Source: an uncultured Gemmatimonadales bacterium (GTDB taxonomy: Bacteria > Gemmatimonadota > Gemmatimonadetes > Gemmatimonadales > GWC2-71-9). From it: a stretch of DNA of 64,000 nucleotides. Position 1 is the stretch's first letter; each line of letters starts with the position of its first letter. This document shows, piece by piece, positions 1 through 9,143 of this stretch. The notes below the pieces were generated by a model. It did no database searches. It was given only the letters and a program-made list of their open reading frames with translations, and was not told where the DNA came from. The position numbers were made by a program, and so were the translations under genes. The stretch covers positions 32,001-96,000 of the forward strand of contig CAWGSK010000030.1 of assembly GCA_963825055.1 (NCBI GenBank). The letters run 5' to 3'.

Positions 1-3000
1 TCAGAGGCCGCCTTCTGCTCATCCAGGCTGAAGATGTGGTCACCGTCGCCGTAGCGCTGTTCCGCCCGGATCAGGTACACGCAGCTTGGCGAGGCAGGGG
101 TACCGCCCGCGGTCTGCCACGAGCCGCAGCCCGAGGCCACCGCGCCACCGAAGCGAAGGTCGATGGAGCCGTCGCCACCGTAGACCGCGTTCTTGATGGC
201 CTCCGAGGCGAACAGCGAGCTGTCCGACTTGAACTGCTGGACCTGCTCCACCTCGTTCACGATGTCGTTCGTGGTCGTGAAGACCTGGAGAACATTCCGG
301 AAGTTGAGGATGTTGCGGGCGTCCAGGTAGGCGGTCAATTCGACGCCGCCGAGCCCGAAGCCCTTCGTGAAGCGCATGTCGAGCTGCTTGAATGCCGGCT
401 CACGGGCGCCGAAGAAGTCACCCACGAAGTTCTGGTTGCAGACCTGCCCGCTGACGACGCCGCGGTTACCGAGGTCGTCACCCGGGCACTTCGTGTAGGC
501 CTCACCGCTGGAATACCGGAAGAGCGCCGTGATACCGACGTTCCCCAGGATCGATCCCAGCGTGGTCCCCTGCTTGAAGTCGTCAGGAATCGTGAGGGCG
601 AAGGAGCCGGTGAGGTTATGCGGACGGCTCGTCGCAGTCGGGAAAATGCCCTGCGGCGGCGGCTGGTTGCCACCCGAGACCTGGTTCACGATCCGGGAGC
701 CGAAGTTGATGTAGGTGAACGGGTCGGACCCGGTGTTCTTCGCATCCTGGTACGTGTAGGCCAGGACGCCGTTGAAGAAGCGGCCGATCCGGCGGTCGAG
801 CCGGACGTCGATACCGCGGGTGTTGCCGAAGTCCGCGGAGGTGAGCACCCGGATGTCCTGGTTCCGGCCGAAGAGCGGATCGAACTTCGAGATGAGCCGG
901 CCGGCCGCGTTGGACAGGTTGTCCTTGTTGTACGCGGAGAGGTCGAGCACCATGTCGTCGCTGAACGCGTGACGGATGCCGAACTCGAAGGTGATCGTCT
1001 TGCCGAAGTCCAGGTCGGACCCGTAGACGTGGTTCGTGTTGGTGATGGCCAGGTCCGTGTTGATACCGGTCAGGACCACGCCGAAGTCCGGTACCTGCAC
1101 CTGGTGGGCGTAGGAGAGCCGGAAGTTCGTGCGGTCGGTCACCGGGAAGGAGACCTGGATGTGCGGGCTCACATAGTTGTGGCTCTGGTCCCGCACGAAG
1201 TTCGCTGTCGGGTCCGTCGGGTCGAAGCCCGGGGCCGACGAGATCCGCGGGAAGTCAGCCGGACGGCTCGCACGGGAATCGTAGTAGTCGTACCGCAGGC
1301 CGCCGACCAGGACCACGTCACCGAGGTCGAGACGATCCTCAAGGAAGAGGTCGTAGCGGATCGGCTTCTCGTGGAAGATGTCCGAGAAGGCCTGGCTGGT
1401 GAGGCTGTGTGAGTAGCTGGCAATGTCGTACCGGGTGAATTCGCCGCCGATCTTCACACGGTTGTACCGGTCGAGCTGCCAGTCCAGGTTGGCCTTGCCG
1501 ACCACGCGCTTTTCATTGTACAGCGACATCCGGCCGGTCGGACCGCCGCCCTCGGCGAAGCCCGTCAGGCCGTACGCATTGTTCCGGTATACGTCGATGA
1601 CGTTGTACTGGTCGCGATTTTCCAGGTCGAACGGCGAGCGACGCGACCCCGGCGTGTTCAGCCGGTAGTTGTTGATCAGCTCATCATTGATCGGGAAATT
1701 GTCGAAGTTGAACAGGAAGTCCATGCTGCCGAGAATGAACCCACCCCACGGATTGCGGGTGTCGATCTCGCTCTGCCGCGTGAGCGGCGCGAGGATCGTC
1801 TGGTCGGTCTGGTAGGACAGGGCGACGTCAAGCGCCAGCGCCCGCTCCGCCGACCGCGCCAGGTTCTGGGTCCAGCCCAGCGTGACGTTGTTGCTGCGGG
1901 ACCGGTTGCCGAACAGCGCCTGCGGATTGTACAGGTTGCCGTAGCTGAAGTTCCGGCCCTGGCTCTGGCTCCGCTGCCCGCTCAGGAAGATGCGGCTGCC
2001 CTGGCCGAACGTGTAGTTCATCTTGCCGGCCAGCTGGTAGACCGTCGAGGCACTGACCGGAATCCGGATGCCCTGGCAGTCCGCGCCGTAGTTGTTCTTG
2101 ATATCCGCGTTCGTGCTGTTGTCAAACGCGTCGCACTTGCCCGTGTAGATCGCGTAGTTCGACACGTCCACGAACGACGTGTCCGCATTCGGGCCGAAGT
2201 TGCTGGGCACCGCGACCGTGGTGTCGATCCCCGCCTCGACGAACAGCGGGTAGTTCTCGACGCCCTGGCCGCTTTCCGCCGACTGCTGCCCCTCGAGCAC
2301 GCCCGAGAGGAAGAAGGTCAGGTTCTCGCGGACGGGGCCGCTGACGCTGGCTCCGATGCGGTTGAAGCCCGGACCGGCCGTCTTGCCGAAGACCTCGTCC
2401 GTCTCGTAGCGCAGGTTGCCGGCAAAGCTCTGGCCGCCGTTGCGGGTTTCAATGTTGATGATACCCGACTGCGCGTTGCCAAACTCGGCCGATGATGCGC
2501 CCGTCGTGACCGACGCCTGCTCGAACCCGTTGGTGCCGACGGAAATACCGCCGGTACCGTTCGAGCCCACGAAGGCATTGCCACGGTAGCCCGGCGAGAC
2601 CGGCACGCCGTCAATGTACGTGGCCGCCTCGTCGGACCGGCCGCCCCGGATGTTGATGCGGCCACCGCTCGGGCTCGCCACGACACCTGGCTGCAGTGCC
2701 AGCACGTCGTTGATCCGGTCGGCCGGCAGCTTGGCGACGTAGTCACCGTCCAGCCGCTGCTTGGTCGAGACCTCGTCTCGAGGCACCAGCTGCTGCCGCG
2801 CGCCGACCACGACGACCGAGTCCACCTGGAACGGCGTCTGCTCGAGCGTGACGTCCGTGGTCAGCGTCTGGCCGGCGAGGACCTTGATGTCCCGCACCTC
2901 CGTACGCTTGTAACCCACGAACGCGGCCCGTACGGTCGCAGGACCGATCGGCACGTTGTTGAAGAAGTAGTAACCCTGGTTGTTGGTCAGAGTCGCGAAC

Positions 3001-3182
3001 GCGGTACCCACGATGGTGACCTGGGCATTCGCAATCGGTGCACCCGACTGATCGCGTACTCTGCCTTCGATCTTACCAGTCGCCTGCGCATAGAGCGATC
3101 CCGCTCCAAGCGCGAGGCCGACTGCCGCCAGCGCAAACCACCGCGCTGCGCGGGCGAAGGCCCCTACACAACTTTGTTTCAT
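1..3182 (-). CDS. TonB-dependent outer membrane receptor with N-terminal carboxypeptidase-regulatory-like domain; 3' end runs off the window
   Basis: Not in the ORF track because there is no stop in the window. Manual translation from ATG 3182 (GGAGG RBS 5 nt upstream): MKQSCVGAFARAARWFALAAVGLALGAGSLYAQATGKIEGRVRDQSGAPIANAQV... then plug-like DVLALQPGVV...INIRGGRSDEAATYIDG. Confidence 0.9.
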   Translation of the reverse strand, partial: MKQSCVGAFARAARWFALAAVGLALGAGSLYAQATGKIEGRVRDQSGAPIANAQVTIVGTAFATLTNNQGYYFFNNVPIGPATVRAAFVGYKRTEVRDIKVLAGQTLTTDVTLEQTPFQVDSVVVVGARQQLVPRDEVSTKQRLDGDYVAKLPADRINDVLALQPGVVASPSGGRINIRGGRSDEAATYIDGVPVSPGYRGNAFVGSNGTGGISVGTNGFEQASVTTGASSAEFGNAQSGIINIETRNGGQSFAGNLRYETDEVFGKTAGPGFNRIGASVSGPVRENLTFFLSGVLEGQQSAESGQGVENYPLFVEAGIDTTVAVPSNFGPNADTSFVDVSNYAIYTGKCDAFDNSTNADIKNNYGADCQGIRIPVSASTVYQLAGKMNYTFGQGSRIFLSGQRSQSQGRNFSYGNLYNPQALFGNRSRSNNVTLGWTQNLARSAERALALDVALSYQTDQTILAPLTRQSEIDTRNPWGGFILGSMDFLFNFDNFPINDELINNYRLNTPGSRRSPFDLENRDQYNVIDVYRNNAYGLTGFAEGGGPTGRMSLYNEKRVVGKANLDWQLDRYNRVKIGGEFTRYDIASYSHSLTSQAFSDIFHEKPIRYDLFLEDRLDLGDVVLVGGLRYDYYDSRASRPADFPRISSAPGFDPTDPTANFVRDQSHNYVSPHIQVSFPVTDRTNFRLSYAHQVQVPDFGVVLTGINTDLAITNTNHVYGSDLDFGKTITFEFGIRHAFSDDMVLDLSAYNKDNLSNAAGRLISKFDPLFGRNQDIRVLTSADFGNTRGIDVRLDRRIGRFFNGVLAYTYQDAKNTGSDPFTYINFGSRIVNQVSGGNQPPPQGIFPTATSRPHNLTGSFALTIPDDFKQGTTLGSILGNVGITALFRYSSGEAYTKCPGDDLGNRGVVSGQVCNQNFVGDFFGAREPAFKQLDMRFTKGFGLGGVELTAYLDARNILNFRNVLQVFTTTNDIVNEVEQVQQFKSDSSLFASEAIKNAVYGGDGSIDLRFGGAVASGCGSWQTAGGTPASPSCVYLIRAEQRYGDGDHIFSLDEQKAAS

Positions 3183-3364
3183 GGAGTCCTCCAATGGCGT
3201 GATCACGAAGTACTGCCGAGCCATCAACAAACGCACGTCCCCCCGGCAGATTCCTGGGGACGATAGACCCTGATGCTGGACACGGACCTGCTAGTAAAGC
3301 GAGGGGTTGCAACTAGCTGACTTCTGAGATCTTGGACTCCGGTCGCGGCCCGACCGGAGCAGAC

Positions 3365-3393
3365 AATATGGGACGCCCCCTGTAGCATGTCAA
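3365..3393 (-). promoter_or_regulatory. Sigma70-type promoter for the TonB-dependent receptor
   Basis: Minus strand TTGACA (3393-3388) - N17 - CATATT (3370-3365). Confidence 0.6.
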
Positions 3394-3462
3394 GAAAGCG
3401 TCACGACTTGCGACATTCGGTGCGAGCCGGTGTAACCCTGTGAAACATCGTGAGATGACCTC

Positions 3463-3534
3463 GAGGCGGTGAAGACGGTCAGGACGGTCAGGGCGGTCTG
3501 GGCGGTCTGGGCGGTCTTGTCCGTCCTGTCCGTC
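3463..3534. repeat. Tandem 9-mer array with partly inverted end
   Basis: gaggcggtg aagacggtc aggacggtc agggcggtc tgggcggtc tgggcggtc ttgtccgtc ctgtccgtc, abutting the M24 peptidase stop. Confidence 0.8.
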
Positions 3535-4708
3535 ATGCCACTATCAGATCCACCTGCGGCGCCTCCGGCGTCACCCGCGGACCGGAGAGACCCATATGGA
3601 CGTTGATCTCGCTCCGAACCCCGAAACGACCCTCAAGATACACCCCGGGCTCCACCGAAAAACCCACTCCCGGTAAAAGGACCCGCTCATCCCGGGTTTC
3701 GTAACTGTCCAGATGTGGCCCCGAGCCGTGAAGGTCACGATCGATGGAGTGTCCTGTCCGGTGGACAAATGCCTCACCGTAGCCGGCCCCTTCTATAATA
3801 GCCCGCGCTGCCCGGTCCAGCTCGAACCCCCTGACAGGCCGCCCGGCAGAAGCCGCCGACCGCGCCAGCTCGACCGCGGCATCCCGGGCATCACGTACCG
3901 TTTCCCAGACGGAAAGCACGTCCGCCGGCGGCTCGGCCCCGGCAAACCCCATCCAGGTCTGGTCGGCGAAGACCGTCCGCCGACTCCGGCCACCCCACAG
4001 GTCCAGCAACACCACATCCCCCGCCTGAAGCTCCGCGTCCTTCCCCTCCATCGGCTCATAGTGCGGATTGGCCGAGTTCGGCCCGAAACCCACAATCGGA
4101 AGGGTATCGAGGGCAAGCCCGCCCTCCTTCATGTCCGCAATCACCCGCCGCTGGAGTTCCACTTCCCGAAGACCCGATCCAGCCTGCCGAACTGCGTCCT
4201 GCACCGCCCGCCGGGCGACCCGGGCCAGTACCTCCGCCGCGAAAAGGTGGTCCTCCAGCTCCTCCGGGGTCCAGGCCGCGGCAAAACGGGTCACGAGGCT
4301 GGAGGACGGAACCACGGTGGCCCCGAGACGGGTCAGGAGCTGGATCACGCCATGGGGCACACGGTCCAGGTAGGGCACCGCATCCTCGGGCGAGACCTCC
4401 ATGGCGACCGTCCGGCCGGCGACCACCCCACGCAGCGCCTCATGCAACTCCTCCCAGCGGGCATACGGCACGACGCGCCCGGGAAAGTCCTTGAACGGCT
4501 GCAACTCGATCCGGTGCACGACGGCCACCGGGTCGCCCGCTTTCGGCAGGTAGACGAACAGCCGGCGTGTTCCCATGCCCAGGGGGCCAAGCATCCTCGG
4601 CGTGACCGGGTTCACCCCATGGAAATCGTAGAGGAGCCAGCCATCGGCTCCCAGTTCATTCAGGGTCTCGGCCAGAAGGCCTCGATCCAGCCCCGCCAGG
4701 TCGGTCAT
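3533..4708 (-). CDS. M24 family (Xaa-Pro) metallopeptidase
   Basis: SANPHY, LLDLWG...FADQT, HRTGHSI, HGSG and SVEPGVY...GVRSE pita-bread metal ligands. Confidence 0.9.
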   Translation of the reverse strand: MTDLAGLDRGLLAETLNELGADGWLLYDFHGVNPVTPRMLGPLGMGTRRLFVYLPKAGDPVAVVHRIELQPFKDFPGRVVPYARWEELHEALRGVVAGRTVAMEVSPEDAVPYLDRVPHGVIQLLTRLGATVVPSSSLVTRFAAAWTPEELEDHLFAAEVLARVARRAVQDAVRQAGSGLREVELQRRVIADMKEGGLALDTLPIVGFGPNSANPHYEPMEGKDAELQAGDVVLLDLWGGRSRRTVFADQTWMGFAGAEPPADVLSVWETVRDARDAAVELARSAASAGRPVRGFELDRAARAIIEGAGYGEAFVHRTGHSIDRDLHGSGPHLDSYETRDERVLLPGVGFSVEPGVYLEGRFGVRSEINVHMGLSGPRVTPEAPQVDLIVA

Positions 4709-5331
4709 TCGTCATCTCCCACGTGCGTTGCTTCCCAGTGACAGCGAGCCGCCCCCTGCATCCGGCACCCGCGGTGCAGCATCGCCCCCTCGAACCCGGT
4801 CTGCAGCCGGAGGAGCTCGGCGAAGGCCGCCCCGTAGAAGGCGCAACTCCGCGAGGCGCCGTCAGACATCACCCCGATGGGCTCGGCGAGCTCCGCCTCG
4901 GCAGTGGACCCGCTCATGGTCAGGCGGCCGCGGAACACCCGCCACGCCACCCGCCGCGCCACGCGAAAGCCGACCCGCCGGCCCAGAAAACCCGGCGTCG
5001 AGTGCACCAGCGACCGCACCGCGATGGTGGCGGTACGCACCGCGTGCCGGGCTGCACGCCGCCCCGCGTCGGCAAAGACAAGCGAAGCATCGGGGCGCCG
5101 GTCCACCAGGCGGAATACTGACACCACCTCTTCCTCGGGGAGCGACTGGTTGCGACGCATGGCATCCGTGTAGCGCTGGATCTGCGCCGCCACGGTGGCG
5201 CTCAGGCCAAGCCGCTTCGCGACGATTTCTGCCGCGACCTCGCTCAGGCCGTCTTCCACGGGCGTATCGAGGTTGCGCATCGCTTCGAGCAGGCTCAACG
5301 GGATGATCGCGGAGACGCGGTCGGCTGGCAC
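4705..5331 (-). CDS. V4R-like domain protein (start uncertain: GTG 5331 or ATG 5280)
   Basis: C-terminal CAFYGAAF...HRGCRMQGAARC pattern typical of V4R; stop overlaps the M24 start. The N-terminus of ORF 4705..5787 is an antisense shadow of the sigma gene. Confidence 0.6.
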   Translation of the reverse strand: MPADRVSAIIPLSLLEAMRNLDTPVEDGLSEVAAEIVAKRLGLSATVAAQIQRYTDAMRRNQSLPEEEVVSVFRLVDRRPDASLVFADAGRRAARHAVRTATIAVRSLVHSTPGFLGRRVGFRVARRVAWRVFRGRLTMSGSTAEAELAEPIGVMSDGASRSCAFYGAAFAELLRLQTGFEGAMLHRGCRMQGAARCHWEATHVGDDE

Positions 5332-5451
5332 GGCAGGCTGTCTCGGGCTTCGGGACGGGTCGCTCGGGCGATGTCGGCCGAATCCTAACCGCGCATCGAG
5401 GCAGGAGCCAGTAGGAGTTGCTTTCCGGAGCGGCTTCCGGGACATTCCGGC

Positions 5452-6018
5452 ATGACCACGCACGCCCTGGCGCGGGAAGAATTCGACGCCGTGGTCCTGC
5501 CTCACCTCGACCTGCTCTACCGGACGGCGTTGCGGTTCACGTCCGACCCGGCCCGCGCCGAGGACCTGGTGCAGGATACCATGCTCAAGGCCTACCGCTC
5601 GCGTACCAGCTTCCAGCCGGGAACCAACGCCCGGGCATGGCTGTTGACCATCCTGCGTAACACGTTCATCAACGCGTACCATCGCCGGAAGCGCGAACCG
5701 GTCGCCATGGACATCGAGGCGATGGAATCGAGCCTGCGGCCCCGGCCGGATGACCCGGCCGCCGCCGACGGGGCCTTTCTCGATCACATCGTCGACGAGC
5801 GCATCCTCCAGGCCCTGGATGCCCTTCCGCAGGAGTTCCGGGAAGTGCTGGTGCTGAGCGACGTGGAAAACCTGCCCTACGCGGAGATCGCCCAGGCACT
5901 CGACCTGCCCCTGGGCACGGTGAAGTCCCGCCTCTTCCGTGCCCGGCGTCTCATGCGCGCCGAGCTGTATCGCTACGCCGTGGAGGTGGGTTACCTGTCA
6001 CCCCGGAGGACTCCATGA
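5452..6018 (+). CDS. ECF sigma-70 factor (SigH/SigR-like)
   Basis: AEDLVQDTMLKAY, GTNARAWLLTILRNTFIN (region 2); YAEIA...GTVKSRLFRAR (region 4). Confidence 0.93.
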   Translation: MTTHALAREEFDAVVLPHLDLLYRTALRFTSDPARAEDLVQDTMLKAYRSRTSFQPGTNARAWLLTILRNTFINAYHRRKREPVAMDIEAMESSLRPRPDDPAAADGAFLDHIVDERILQALDALPQEFREVLVLSDVENLPYAEIAQALDLPLGTVKSRLFRARRLMRAELYRYAVEVGYLSPRRTP

Positions 6019-6278
6019 CCCATGATCACGATTGCGGCGCCGGGGGAGATCCCTGCGGGGAGGCGATGCGGGAGCTGGTGGACTACCTGAAGGGCGAAGT
6101 CCCCTCCGACGCGGCCGACCGCATCCGGGAACATCTCGCGAAGTGCAGGCCCTGCGAGGGGGAAGCCCACTTCGAGGAACACTTCCTCGCCCTGCTGGAG
6201 ACACGCCTCCGCGGAGAGCGCTGCCCCGACCGCCTCAAGGCCCGGATCCGCGAAGCGCTCGACGCCATCGAGTCCTGA
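6015..6278 (+). CDS. Zinc-binding anti-sigma factor (zf-HC2, RshA/RsrA-like)
   Basis: C...HLAKCRPC (HxxxCxxC); ATGA overlap with the sigma gene. Confidence 0.88.
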   Translation: MTHDHDCGAGGDPCGEAMRELVDYLKGEVPSDAADRIREHLAKCRPCEGEAHFEEHFLALLETRLRGERCPDRLKARIREALDAIES

Positions 6279-6321
6279 CATCCCCAGCCTGCCCCTTGCC
6301 ATCCTGCTGTCCGGTGCCGTC

Positions 6322-7044
6322 GTGGCCGGTGCGGCACTTACCGGTCACCTCGGACGATCAGGCGCCGCCGCAGCCATGCTGGTAGGCACCGCCGTGCTCA
6401 CGGGCGCGGGTTACGCGGGAGGCCTGACCCTCCTGCTCTTCTTCGTAGGCGCCTCGGCCGTCGGGCACCTCGCGCCCGACCCGGCCCGCCACCTCGGCGC
6501 GCGGGGCGGCCGCCGGGATGCCTGGCAGGTGCTCGCCAACGGCGGCGCCGCCGCCGTTTCCGCCCTCCTCTTCCCCGGTCCCCTGGCGCTCTGGATGGTG
6601 GTTGCGAGCCTCGCGGCTGCCGCCTCCGACACCTGGGCCTCCGGCCTTGGCGCCCTCTCGCGCCGGGAGCCCCGCGACATCCTCCGGTGGCGGACGGTGC
6701 CGGCCGGTACCAGCGGTGGCGTCACCGCGCTGGGGACCGCCGGGGGACTGATCGGCGCCCTGACAGTGGCGCTCCCCCTCGGCCTCCTGACCCGGGCCGC
6801 ACCCCCGGCCGCGGCCGCAATGGGGATAGGTTTCGGGGGGATGCTGCTGGACTCGCTCCTGGGCGCCTGGCTGCAGGGCAAATTCGCCTGCCGACGGTGC
6901 GGGATGAACAGTGAGCGCCGGCGGCACGCATGCGGAGACCTGACAGAGAGGACCGGAGGCCTGACATGGCTCACCAACGACGGCGTGAATGCAATCGTAA
7001 CGGTTTCGGCCGCTGCGGTGTCGTGGTGGGCCTGGCCCTGGTAG
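6322..7044 (+). CDS. DUF92 membrane protein (true start may be slightly upstream)
   Basis: RDAWQVLANGG, SDTWAS, VPAGTSGGVT, DSLLGAWLQ, CxxC...C insert, TNDGVN. Confidence 0.85.
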   Translation: MAGAALTGHLGRSGAAAAMLVGTAVLTGAGYAGGLTLLLFFVGASAVGHLAPDPARHLGARGGRRDAWQVLANGGAAAVSALLFPGPLALWMVVASLAAAASDTWASGLGALSRREPRDILRWRTVPAGTSGGVTALGTAGGLIGALTVALPLGLLTRAAPPAAAAMGIGFGGMLLDSLLGAWLQGKFACRRCGMNSERRRHACGDLTERTGGLTWLTNDGVNAIVTVSAAAVSWWAWPW

Positions 7045-7445
7045 CTGCCCTCCTCGGTTGCCGGGCAGAACTCCGATCACCCACCAGCCCGGGACGGGAC
7101 ACCCCTGACATCGGAACAGGCGGGGGCGGGGACGGCCTGGCGGGAAGCCCGCTGGCCGGCTCGTGGGCCGCCACGTTCCTCATCACGCTCCCGACCGACA
7201 TCCAGCAGCAGACCATCACCTGGACGTTCCGCACGGACGGGGCCTGTGCCCGAACCGTCTCCACCTACTCCACACTTGAGGACCGCACGCTCACGACCAC
7301 CTCCACCTGTGCCTGGGCGGCGGACGGGTCGAGCATCACCGTACAGTACGCTGGCAACACCACAGCGGTGACCTTCGCGTGGAGCCTGGCGGGGTTCTCA
7401 CCAGACCGGCTGGTCCTGGACGGAGTCGAGTATGTCCGGCGCTAG
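6966..7445 (+). CDS. Putative lipoprotein, beta-rich (lipocalin-like); start uncertain
   Basis: Hydrophobic stretch ending LLGC (lipobox-like), LAGSW, beta-strand pattern; fills the gap between DUF92 and the oxidoreductase. Confidence 0.6.
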   Translation: MAHQRRRECNRNGFGRCGVVVGLALVAALLGCRAELRSPTSPGRDTPDIGTGGGGDGLAGSPLAGSWAATFLITLPTDIQQQTITWTFRTDGACARTVSTYSTLEDRTLTTTSTCAWAADGSSITVQYAGNTTAVTFAWSLAGFSPDRLVLDGVEYVRR

Positions 7446-8661
7446 CGTACCACGTACGGCGGACGTGCTGGTGGCCGGGGCTGGTCCGGCCGGCAGCCGG
7501 CTGGCTGCCCGGCTCGCCTCGGCCGGGTACGACGTCCTGCTGGTCGATCGCGCGGCCTTCCCCCGCGACAAGGCCTGCGCCGAATACATGAGCCCGGCCA
7601 CCCTTGAACTTCTCGACCGGGCCGGTGTCCTCGCGCTGGCGGACGCGGCAGGGGCCAACGCGATCGCGGGCACGTCCGTGTTCGCCCCGCGCGGCTCGCA
7701 CCTGACGGGCCTGTTCGCCCGCGCGGGACATCGACCGTTCCGCGAGACGGGGATGTCGCTGCCCCGCCGGGTCCTGGACCAGCTTCTGCTGGACGCCGCC
7801 CGCGCTGCCGGAGCCCGGGTGCTCGAGCGCACCACAGTCGAGGCGGTTCTCCGCACGGATGGCCGGGTCTCGGGGGCCCGCCTGCGTACCGCCGACGGAT
7901 GCCACCACGAGGTCTCGGCACGGGTCATCGCCGGCACCGACGGGTTGCGCAGCGTGGTCGCCCGGGCAATGGGGCGGCCGCGGCAACTCGCCCCGCGCCG
8001 GATGGCCTTTGTGGCGCACGTGGAGGGCGTTCACGGCCTGGCCGACACCGCACAGATGCACGTCTCCGCCCGGGGATACGTCGGCCTCAATCCCCTTGGC
8101 GGCGATCGGGCGAACGTGTCGCTGGTCCTGGGCCGGGAGCATGCCGTCCGTTCCTCGGGTAGAGTGGAGCCGTTCTTCTTTGAATCGCTGGAGACGTTTC
8201 CAGGGGTGCGTGGTCGCGTGCCGCGCCATGGCCTGGTTCGGGAGGTGCTCGTCACCGGCCCCTTTCACCAGTGGGCTCGCTCCGTCATCACGGATGGCGC
8301 GCTGGTGGCGGGTGACGCCGCCGATTTCTTCGATCCGTTCACGGGCGAGGGCATCTATTGTGCGCTTCGGGGCGCCGAGATGGCCGCCGACGTGCTGGAG
8401 GAGGCACTGGCAATCCCGGGGCCGGTGACGCGGCGCTCGCTCCAGCCCTACGCCCGGCGGCGGCGCCGCGCGTTTGCGGGGAAGTGGGCGGTCGAACGCA
8501 TGATCGGCTACGCCATGAATGCGCCGGCGCTGTTCGACCGGGCCGTCGCACGGCTCGGGCGCCGGGGGTCCATGGCGGATACGCTGATCGGCGTGACGGG
8601 CGACTTCGTCCCGGCGCGCGAGGTGCTGAATCCGCTCTTCCTCGCCCGGATGGTCTGGTGA
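7432..8661 (+). CDS. FAD-dependent oxidoreductase (geranylgeranyl reductase/FixC-like)
   Basis: VLVAGAGPAG, FPRDKACAE, GTDGLRS, AGDAADFFDPFTGEGI. Confidence 0.88.
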   Translation: MSGASVPRTADVLVAGAGPAGSRLAARLASAGYDVLLVDRAAFPRDKACAEYMSPATLELLDRAGVLALADAAGANAIAGTSVFAPRGSHLTGLFARAGHRPFRETGMSLPRRVLDQLLLDAARAAGARVLERTTVEAVLRTDGRVSGARLRTADGCHHEVSARVIAGTDGLRSVVARAMGRPRQLAPRRMAFVAHVEGVHGLADTAQMHVSARGYVGLNPLGGDRANVSLVLGREHAVRSSGRVEPFFFESLETFPGVRGRVPRHGLVREVLVTGPFHQWARSVITDGALVAGDAADFFDPFTGEGIYCALRGAEMAADVLEEALAIPGPVTRRSLQPYARRRRRAFAGKWAVERMIGYAMNAPALFDRAVARLGRRGSMADTLIGVTGDFVPAREVLNPLFLARMVW

Positions 8662-9143
8662 CGCCCCCGCCGGTCGATCCCTCTGAGTTCCGGCGCCTGC
8701 TGGGCCGCTTCGCCACCGGTGTGGCCATCGTCACGGCCACGGACACGGACGGGAATCCGGCGGGCATGACCGCCAACAGCCTGACCGCGGTATCGCTCGA
8801 TCCGCCGCTGGTGTCCGTCTGCGTGGATCGCGCGGCAGACATGCATGTCGTGATGGAAGGCTCGCAGGCCTGGGTCGTGAACATTCTCGAATCGGGGCAG
8901 GAGTCCCTGAGCCGCCGCTTCGCCCTCAAGCACCCGGACCGGTTCGAGGGCGTCGGGTTCCGGCAGCAAGAGGGGCTCATCCTGCTCGAAGGTGCGCTCG
9001 CGCACATCATCTGCGAACCATTCGCCCGCCACGCCGTGGGCGACCACACGATCTTCATCGGCCGGGTCGTGGGCGGCGAGACACACCCGGGAGCGCCACT
9101 GCTCTACTATCGGGGCGGATACGCCGGGCTGGGTCGCGGATGA
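8658..9143 (+). CDS. Flavin reductase (HpaC/RutF-like)
   Basis: FRRLLGRFATGV, GMTANSLTAVSLDPP, GDHTIFIG, PLLYYRGGY; GTGA overlap with the upstream stop. Confidence 0.9.
   Translation: MTPPPVDPSEFRRLLGRFATGVAIVTATDTDGNPAGMTANSLTAVSLDPPLVSVCVDRAADMHVVMEGSQAWVVNILESGQESLSRRFALKHPDRFEGVGFRQQEGLILLEGALAHIICEPFARHAVGDHTIFIGRVVGGETHPGAPLLYYRGGYAGLGRG

Noticed and set aside
36..1412. 458-aa plus-strand ORF
   Set aside because: Antisense shadow of the minus-strand TonB-dependent receptor; no recognisable motifs.
7432..9143. Flavoprotein + flavin reductase as a two-component halogenase
   Set aside because: The WxWxIP halogenase motif is absent (GYVGLNPL at the equivalent position); the motifs fit the GGR/FixC-like family.
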